A DNA stretch of 64,000 bases from positions 1,690,107 to 1,754,106 of the forward strand of contig CAWAGG010000006.1 in assembly GCA_963781595.1 (NCBI GenBank), given 5' to 3'. The position numbers and the translations under genes were made by a program. Shown here in pieces: positions 56,594 to 64,000 of the stretch. Numbering within the stretch: the first letter of the stretch is position 1; each line of letters starts with the position of its first letter. The stretch is from an uncultured Actinomycetota bacterium. Lineage in GTDB: Bacteria > Actinomycetota > UBA4738. The notes below the pieces were generated by a model that saw nothing but the letters and a program-made list of their open reading frames with translations, searched no databases and was not told the DNA's origin.

Positions 56594-57336
56594 CCGCGCC
56601 CCACTTCTTCGTCGAACACCTCGACCGGACCGCACCCGGCGCCGTCGTCGAGCTGTCGCCGGCGGACTCCCGTCACGCGCTGCGCTCCCTCCGGCTGCGT
56701 CCGGGCGAGGAGGTGACGCTCGCCGACGGAGGCGGCCGGTTCGCGCGCGGGCGCATGCGCGGCGAACGCGATCGCGTCGCGGCGGTCGAGGTGCTGGAGG
56801 TCGAGGTCCGGGAGCAGGCGAGCCCGCGTGTCACGGTCGCCGTCGCGCCGCCGAAGGGCGAACGCCTGGCGTGGGCGGTCCAGAAGCTCGCCGAGATCGG
56901 GGTCGACGGGTTCGACCTGCTGCTCGGCGTCGAACGGGCGGTTCGGGCCCCGAAGGTGAACCGGGAGGAGGGGCGCACCGATCGCCTCCGGCGCATCGCG
57001 CGCGAAGCCGCGATGCAGTCGCGACGGCCGTTCGTGATGGAGATCGGCCAGACGGGGATGGACGCGGCCCTGGCGCCGGCCGCGCCGGATGAGCCGGTCC
57101 TGATGCTGTGGGAAGGCGCGGCCGAGCCGATCGTCTCGGCGCTCGAGGCCGCGCCGGCGCCCGTGGCGGTTCGCGTGCTGGTCGGGCCCGAGGGTGGGTT
57201 CTCAGAGGCCGAGGTCGATCGAGCCGCCGTGGGCGGCGCGGTGGTCGTCTCGCTGGGCCCGGGGATCCTTCGGACCGAGACGGCCGCGCTCGTCGGCGCC
57301 ACGATCGTCCTCGCGAGGTATGGACGCCTGGGCTGA
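56590..57336 (+). CDS. rsmE: 16S rRNA (uracil1498-N3)-methyltransferase RsmE
   Basis: The GTG overlaps the dnaJ stop (GTGA). ..HFFVE.., ..VAPPKGERLAWAVQKLAEIGV.. and ..GPEGGFSEAEV..LGPGILRTETAALV.. form the SPOUT/RsmE pattern. Confidence 0.85.
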   Translation: MTAPHFFVEHLDRTAPGAVVELSPADSRHALRSLRLRPGEEVTLADGGGRFARGRMRGERDRVAAVEVLEVEVREQASPRVTVAVAPPKGERLAWAVQKLAEIGVDGFDLLLGVERAVRAPKVNREEGRTDRLRRIAREAAMQSRRPFVMEIGQTGMDAALAPAAPDEPVLMLWEGAAEPIVSALEAAPAPVAVRVLVGPEGGFSEAEVDRAAVGGAVVVSLGPGILRTETAALVGATIVLARYGRLG

Positions 57337-57395
57337 CCGATGAACGATAGGCGGTCGTGCATCGATGTCGGCCGGTTCGGGTAGCCTCGACGGCG

Positions 57396-57755
57396 ATGGT
57401 CGATGGGGCCTGGAGCGACTGCGTGTTCTGCCGGATCGTGGCGGGCGACCTGCCGGCCCAGATCGTGCACTCGTCGGACCGCGTCATGGCGTTCCGCGAC
57501 GTGAAGCCGCAGGCACCGGTCCACCTGCTGCTGATCCCGAAGGAGCACGTGGGCTCGGCGGCGGAGCTCGACGATCGGTGGGCGAACGCCCTCTCGGAGC
57601 TGTTCGTCGCGGCGGCGCACCTCGCGAAGGCCGAGGGGGTCGACCGGTCCGGCTGGCGGATCGTGACGAACGTCGGACCGGACGCCGGCCAGAGCGTCGA
57701 TCACCTGCACTTCCATCTGCTGGGCGGCCGGCACATGGCGTGGCCGCCCGGCTGA
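57396..57755 (+). CDS. HIT-family (histidine triad) nucleotide hydrolase
   Basis: ..CVFCRIVAG.. and the histidine triad SVDHLHFHLLGG are present. Confidence 0.9.
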   Translation: MVDGAWSDCVFCRIVAGDLPAQIVHSSDRVMAFRDVKPQAPVHLLLIPKEHVGSAAELDDRWANALSELFVAAAHLAKAEGVDRSGWRIVTNVGPDAGQSVDHLHFHLLGGRHMAWPPG

Positions 57756-57808
57756 ACGCGGGCGCGCCGCACGCCGCGCACCGGTCCCGGCCCCGGCGAC
57801 CGTGCCCG

Positions 57809-57814
57809 TATAAT
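57809..57814 (+). promoter_or_regulatory. Perfect TATAAT -10 hexamer upstream of phoH (short-leader or leaderless transcript candidate)
   Basis: TATAAT sits 14 nt upstream of ATG 57828, in otherwise GC-rich intergenic DNA. No recognisable -35 lies 17 nt upstream. Confidence 0.35.
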
Positions 57815-57827
57815 CGAACCCGTCCAG

Positions 57828-58880
57828 ATGGGCCGCGCGCGCGGCCCGGTCCCCTTCGAAGGAGCAGGTCGAAGCGACTTGGCGCACAGCCCAACCCAGG
57901 TGAAGATCCTCGTACCGGGCAATCAGCCCATGGTCGCGCTCCTCGGGCAACGTGACGAGCTCCTCAAGATCATCGAGGGCGCGTTCGACACCGAGGTCCA
58001 CGTCCGCGGGAACGAGATCACCATCACCGGCGAGGAGCGCGAGGCAGAACGCGTCGCGCAGCTGTTCGAGGAACTGCTCGAGATCCTCGGCCAGGGCCAG
58101 ATCCTTACCGCGGACGCCGTCGGTCGGACGATCGACATCATCAAGGAAGCGACGGTTCGGCCCTCCGAGATCTTCTCCGACGTCCTGCTGTCGGTGCGCG
58201 GGCGGAACCTCGCGCCGAAGACGCTCGGCCAGAAGCGCTACGTGGACGCGATCCGTCGCGGGACCATCACGTTCGCGATCGGCCCGGCCGGGACCGGCAA
58301 GACCTACCTGGCCGTCGCGACCGCCGTCAAGGCGCTCCAGGAACGGGACTTCCAGCGGATCATCCTGACGCGGCCCGCCGTCGAGGCGGGCGAACGCCTC
58401 GGGTTCCTGCCGGGCACCCTGTACGAGAAGATCGACCCGTACCTCAAGCCGCTCTACGACGCGCTGTTCGACATGATGGACACCGAGGGGTTCAACCGGC
58501 TGATGGAGCGCGGAACGATCGAGGTCGCGCCGCTCGCGTACATGCGGGGACGGACGCTGAACGATTCGTTCATCATCCTGGACGAGGCGCAGAACACGAC
58601 GCCGGAGCAGATGAAGATGTTCCTGACGCGGCTCGGGTTCGGCTCGAAGGCGGTCGTGACCGGCGACGTCACCCAGATCGACCTGCCGAACGGCTCTCGG
58701 TCCGGGCTGGTCGTGGTCGAGGAGATCCTCGAGGGGATCGAGGAGCTCGAGTTCGTGCACCTGGGGGCGAGGGACGTGGTCCGGCACAAGATCGTGCAGG
58801 ACATCGTGGAGGCCTACCGCGTCTACGGCGAACGGCGCGCGCGCGCCGACGACGCGGGCCGCGGCCGGCGCGGTCGGTAG
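57828..58880 (+). CDS. phoH: PhoH-family ATPase
   Basis: Walker A is GPAGTGKTY. ..ILTRPAVEAGERLGFLPG.. and ..FIILDEAQNTT.. are present. The start is uncertain (ATG 57828 or TTG 57880). Confidence 0.9.
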   Translation: MGRARGPVPFEGAGRSDLAHSPTQVKILVPGNQPMVALLGQRDELLKIIEGAFDTEVHVRGNEITITGEEREAERVAQLFEELLEILGQGQILTADAVGRTIDIIKEATVRPSEIFSDVLLSVRGRNLAPKTLGQKRYVDAIRRGTITFAIGPAGTGKTYLAVATAVKALQERDFQRIILTRPAVEAGERLGFLPGTLYEKIDPYLKPLYDALFDMMDTEGFNRLMERGTIEVAPLAYMRGRTLNDSFIILDEAQNTTPEQMKMFLTRLGFGSKAVVTGDVTQIDLPNGSRSGLVVVEEILEGIEELEFVHLGARDVVRHKIVQDIVEAYRVYGERRARADDAGRGRRGR

Positions 58881-58939
58881 GCGACCCCGCGACGCACGTG
58901 GACGAGGGCGGGCCGCGAGGGCGCGGACATCCGGGCGGC

Positions 58940-59370
58940 ATGTCGGTCGAGGCCGAGGCCGAGCTTACGGTGGTGGTGTCCGACCGCCAGCGACGCCCCC
59001 TGCCGGCGGCCCGGGCCGATGCGCTGGCCTCGCTCGCCCGCGCGACGCTGGCGGCGGAGGGCGTCGCCGGAGGCGAGCTGACCCTCTCGTTCGTCGATGC
59101 CGCGGAGATCGAGGACCTGCACGTCCGCTACATGGACGAACCGGGGCCCACCGACGTGCTGTCGTTCCCGCTCGGGGAGGACGGTCTGCTCGGCGACGTC
59201 GTCGTTTGCCCGGCGGTCGCTGCCGCGAACAACCCCGACGACCCCGACGGCGAGCTGCGCCTGCTGGTCGTGCACGGCGTGCTCCATGTGCTCGGCTACG
59301 ACCACCACGAGGACGCCGGACGCGCCGAGATGTGGGAGCGTCAGGCGCGCTATTCGGGGGTCGCGGTCCC

Positions 59371-59374
<4 letters not shown>
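58940..59374 (+). CDS. ybeY: rRNA maturation endoribonuclease YbeY
   Basis: The zinc motif is HGVLHVLGYDH. The gene sits between phoH and the CNNM/CorC gene. Confidence 0.9.
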
Positions 59375-60644
<1,270 letters not shown>

Positions 60645-60648
<4 letters not shown>

Positions 60649-61070
60649 CGATCCTGGACGACCTGCTCCGGGCCGCGTGGGACGCGCGGTCGCGCGCGTA
60701 CGCCCCGTACAGCGGGTTCCTCGTGGGCGCCGCGATCGACACCGACGCCGGCGTGTTCACCGGGGCGAACGTCGAGAACGCCGCCTACCCGACGTCGATC
60801 TGCGCCGAGCGCACGGCCGGCGCGGCGGCCGTGGCGGCGGGCGCCAGGCGGTTCCGAACCGTCGCCGTCGTCTCGGACACCGGGCCCGGCGGCGCTCCTG
60901 CGAGCCCGTGCGGCCAGTGCCGGCAGTTCCTGCGGGAGTTCGACCCGGACGGGACGCTCGTGGTGGTCTCGGAGAACCCGGCCGGCGAGCGGGTGCGATG
61001 GACCCTGGCCGAGTTGCTGCCCGATTCGTTCGGCCCGGACGCCCTGGGTGCCGTCTCGCCCGAACGGTAA
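60645..61070 (+). CDS. cdd: Cytidine deaminase
   Basis: The GTG overlaps the upstream stop. The zinc ligand motifs are CAERTA and PCGQCRQ. Confidence 0.88.
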
Positions 61071-61085
61071 GGGCGCTCGACGACG

Positions 61086-62003
61086 ATGGCGGAGGGAACG
61101 GATGCGGCGGATCCGCCGTTCCGGTGCGGGGTGGTGGCGGTCGTGGGCCGCCCGAACGTCGGGAAGTCCACCCTGGTGAACGCCCTGGTCGGCACCAAGG
61201 TCTCGATCGTGTCGGACAAGCCGCAGACGACGCGGTTCGCGATCCACGGCGTGATGAACGGCGAGGGGCACCAGGTCGTGTTCACGGACACGCCGGGCTT
61301 CCACAAGCCCAGGACCGCGCTCGGCGAACGCCTCAACCGACGGGTGGACGAGAGCGTCGACGGTGTCGACGCGATCGTGCTCGTCGTCGACGCGTCGGGC
61401 CACGGCGTGGGGCGCGGCGACGCGTTCGTCGCCGAGCGCGAGGTCGCGCCGTTCGCCGGCCCGAAGATCTGCGTCGTGAACAAGGTCGACCTCCTCCGCC
61501 ACCCGCAGATCGTCCAGCAGCTCGTGAAGGCGAACGCGCTGGCGGCCTTCGATCACGTGGTGCCCGCCTCGGCCCGGACCGGTCGCGAGCTGGCCACGCT
61601 CCGCGAGATCATCGTCGGGACGATCCCCGAGGGTCCGCCGCTCTTCCCGCCAGGCGAGACGACCGATCTGCCGCTCGAGCGACGGATCGAGGAGATCGTG
61701 CGGGAGAAGGCGCTGGCACTGACGAAGGAGGAGGTCCCGCACTCGGTCGCGGTCCGTCTCGAGGAGATGACGCGGGACCCGGAGACGGGGCGGGTCGAGG
61801 TGTCGTGCGACGTCCTGGTCGAACGCGACTCGCAGAAGGGGATCCTGATCGGGAAGGGCGGCCAGATGCTCCGCGAGGTCGGGACCCGTGCCCGCGTGGA
61901 GCTGGAGGAGCTGCTCGGCGCGAAGGTCTACCTGGGGCTCCAGGTGAAGGTCCTGAAGGACTGGCAGCGCGACCCGGCGGCGCTCACTCGCCTCGGCCTG
62001 TAG
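61086..62003 (+). CDS. era: GTPase Era
   Basis: G1 is GRPNVGKSTL, G3 is DTPG and G4 is NKVD. The C-terminal KH domain includes ..VLVERDSQKGILIGKGG... Confidence 0.95.
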   Translation: MAEGTDAADPPFRCGVVAVVGRPNVGKSTLVNALVGTKVSIVSDKPQTTRFAIHGVMNGEGHQVVFTDTPGFHKPRTALGERLNRRVDESVDGVDAIVLVVDASGHGVGRGDAFVAEREVAPFAGPKICVVNKVDLLRHPQIVQQLVKANALAAFDHVVPASARTGRELATLREIIVGTIPEGPPLFPPGETTDLPLERRIEEIVREKALALTKEEVPHSVAVRLEEMTRDPETGRVEVSCDVLVERDSQKGILIGKGGQMLREVGTRARVELEELLGAKVYLGLQVKVLKDWQRDPAALTRLGL

Positions 62004-62099
62004 GCGTCCCAAAGCCCCCGCCTCGGTGTGGAGATTGGGTCGCAGCCTGCGCGAACCTGTTCTGAAGCACGACGGCCGGGCGATACGATGCCGCCCGGG

Positions 62100-62897
62100 A
62101 TGCCGCTCTACAAGGAACAGGGGATCGTGCTTCGTTCCCACAAGCTGGGCGAGGCCGACAAGATCGTGACCATCCTCACGCAGGGCTCGGGCAAGGTCCG
62201 GGCCGTGGCGAAGGGCATCCGCAAGACCCGGAGCCGGTTCGGCGCGCGCCTGGAGCCCTTCACCCACGTATCGCTCCTGCTGTACCGGGGTGCGTCGCTG
62301 GACACCGTGACCCAGGCCGAGATCGTGACCCCGTTCCTCGTCCTGCGCCGGGGGTTCGACCTGATCGCTGCCGGCGAGACGATGCTCGAGGCCACCGACA
62401 AGGTCGCGGAGGAGCACGAACGCAACGTCCGGCTGTTCCTCCTGCTGCTCTCAGGCCTCCGTGCCCTGGACCGGAGCCCGCGCGATCCGGCGGCCGTCAC
62501 CGAGGCGTTCCTGCTGCGGCTCCTGTCCCTCTCCGGGTTCCACCCGAGCCTCTCCGCCTGCGCGGTCTGTGGGACGCCCGGTCCGCACGAGTGGTTCGCC
62601 GCAGGGCAGGGCGGCGTCGTCTGCCGGGCGGACGCCGAACACGACGCCGGCCGCGTCTCCCCGCAGGCCGTGGCGTGGCTCGACGCCCTCGCCCGCGCCG
62701 ACCTCGAGGTCGCCGGCGAGATGACCCCCGAGCCGCTGGTGCGCCGCGAGGCCCGGCCGATGCTCTACGGGTTCGTCGAGTATCACCTCGAACGCCGGAT
62801 GCGGAGCTTCGCGCTGCTCGCTCGTCAGGTTCCTGTGGCGAACGACCAGCCCCCCTCAACCGAACCCGACCCCGAGCCGACGCTCCTGGCGACATGA
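62100..62897 (+). CDS. recO: DNA repair protein RecO
   Basis: MPLYKEQGIVLRSHKLGEADKIVTILT..GKVRAVAKGIRKTRSRFG.. is the canonical RecO OB-fold N-terminus. ATG 62088 is an alternative start. Confidence 0.9.
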   Translation: MPLYKEQGIVLRSHKLGEADKIVTILTQGSGKVRAVAKGIRKTRSRFGARLEPFTHVSLLLYRGASLDTVTQAEIVTPFLVLRRGFDLIAAGETMLEATDKVAEEHERNVRLFLLLLSGLRALDRSPRDPAAVTEAFLLRLLSLSGFHPSLSACAVCGTPGPHEWFAAGQGGVVCRADAEHDAGRVSPQAVAWLDALARADLEVAGEMTPEPLVRREARPMLYGFVEYHLERRMRSFALLARQVPVANDQPPSTEPDPEPTLLAT

Positions 62898-63628
62898 GCT
62901 ACCTCTCCGACCTCGACCTCGGGAACCTGCCGCGCCACGTGGCGATCGTGATGGACGGCAACGGCCGGTGGGCCACGCAGCGCGGCCTGCAACGCACCGA
63001 GGGCCATGCCGCGGGCGAGGAGGCGTTGTTCGACACCGTCGAAGGGGCGCTGGACATCGGCCTGGAATGGCTCACGGTCTACGCGTTCTCGACGGAGAAC
63101 TGGCGCCGGCCGCCGGCCGAGGTCCGGTACCTGATGAACTTCAACCGCGACCTGCTCCGCCGGCGACGCGACGAGTTCCACGAGCGCGGTGCGCGGATCC
63201 GGTTCACCGGCCGCATCGACTGGCGCGTGCCGCGCTCCGTGGTCCGCGAGATGGAGATCGCGCAGGAGCTGACGAAGGACAACACCGCGACGACGCTCAC
63301 GATCGCGTTCAACTACGGCGGCCGGACCGAGATCGCGGATGCCGTCAAGCGGATCCTCGAGGACCACGACAAGGGCCGTCTGCGCGGCGAGCGCATCACG
63401 CCCGACTCGATCACCTCGCGCATGTACCACCCGGACATGCCCGATCCCGACCTGCTGATCCGCACGGGCGGCGAGATGCGGATCTCGAACTTCCTCCTGT
63501 GGCAGGCCGCCTACGCCGAACTCTGGTTCACGCCCGTGTTCTGGCCCGACTTCAACCGCGAGCACCTGTACGAGGCGATCCGCGATTACCAGAAGCGCGA
63601 CCGCCGGTTCGGCCGCATCGAGGAGTGA
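62894..63628 (+). CDS. uppS: Isoprenyl transferase (undecaprenyl/decaprenyl diphosphate synthase family)
   Basis: The ATG overlaps the recO stop (ATGA). HVAIVMDGNGRWA, ..YAFSTENWRRP.. and ..RISNFLLWQAAYAEL.. are present. Confidence 0.93.
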   Translation: MSYLSDLDLGNLPRHVAIVMDGNGRWATQRGLQRTEGHAAGEEALFDTVEGALDIGLEWLTVYAFSTENWRRPPAEVRYLMNFNRDLLRRRRDEFHERGARIRFTGRIDWRVPRSVVREMEIAQELTKDNTATTLTIAFNYGGRTEIADAVKRILEDHDKGRLRGERITPDSITSRMYHPDMPDPDLLIRTGGEMRISNFLLWQAAYAELWFTPVFWPDFNREHLYEAIRDYQKRDRRFGRIEE

Positions 63629-63670
63629 CGCGGTCCCGAACCGGGCTGCGGCGGGCGTACGATCGCGGGG

Positions 63671-64000
63671 ATGATCCACTACTTCGCGTACGGCTCGAAC
63701 ATCGATCCCGACCAGATGCACCGGCACGTGGCGCTCGCCGACCCGATCGGCCCGGCGCGTCTGGACGGGTTCCGGCTCGCCTTCTCCCTCTACTCGACCG
63801 GATGGGGCGGCGGCGTCGCGAACCTCGAACCGGACCCGGAGGGCCACGTCTGGGGCATGCTGTGGGCGATGCCGGACGAGGGCCTCGAACCCCTGGACGT
63901 GTACGAGGGGCACCCGACCTTCTACCGGCGCGAGGAGGTGGAGGTCGCCGGTCCGGACAAGCCCATCTCCGCCTGGACGTACCGGGTGGCGCATCAGAGC
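63671..64000 (+). CDS. Gamma-glutamylcyclotransferase (AIG2/GGCT-like) family protein, 3' end outside the window
   Basis: I translated this by hand: MIHYFAYGSNIDPDQMHRHV..GFRLAFS..VANLEPDPEGHVWGMLWAM..LDVYEG... The YGSN motif and the overall pattern fit the GGCT-like fold. The frame is open to the window edge. Confidence 0.65.
   Translation, partial: MIHYFAYGSNIDPDQMHRHVALADPIGPARLDGFRLAFSLYSTGWGGGVANLEPDPEGHVWGMLWAMPDEGLEPLDVYEGHPTFYRREEVEVAGPDKPISAWTYRVAHQS

Overview
The window is a very GC-rich chromosomal segment whose codons are dominated by G/C at the third position, and its gene content and synteny look like Actinomycetota. I saw no rRNA, tRNA, CRISPR array, transposase, integrase or phage gene.

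The left half (about 0-30 kb) is an accessory-type mix:
- SulP and MFS transporters and a PAP2 phosphatase.
- An ArsR-SRPBCC pair.
- A two-gene 2-oxoacid:ferredoxin oxidoreductase with delta-alpha and beta-gamma fusions.
- An O-methyltransferase.
- A divergent chagasin-type inhibitor / papain-type peptidase pair.
- DyP peroxidase, a sugar-isomerase-like protein, OsmC, a PQQ-type dehydrogenase lipoprotein, a small secreted Ser/Thr-rich peptide, a GMC oxidoreductase and an S8 subtilase.
- A MarR / SnoaL / LLM cluster and a pentapeptide-DinB fusion.
- Beta-propeller lipoproteins.

The right half (about 30-64 kb) is conserved housekeeping: the sulfate ABC operon (binding protein-cysT-cysW-cysA-yezD), hom-thrC, a FAD oxidase-lipid kinase-glpD cluster, leuS, comEA-comEC-holA, rpsT, lepA-hemW, an ECF sigma pair, CIRCE-hrcA-dnaJ-rsmE, HIT, phoH-ybeY-CNNM/CorC-cdd-era, recO-uppS, and a partial GGCT-like gene at the window edge.

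Main observations:
1. An apparently cytoplasmic, genetically linked I42 inhibitor / C1 peptidase module.
2. Six otherwise intact genes, including hrcA, broken by single-base frame changes. This is either draft-quality sequence or real pseudogenisation.
3. A small secreted peptide gene with an exceptionally long Shine-Dalgarno (SD) site and a downstream hairpin.
4. A strong promoter-like element plus three direct repeats in the leader of the sulfate operon.

All functional calls rest on motif and synteny recognition by eye. No database search was run.
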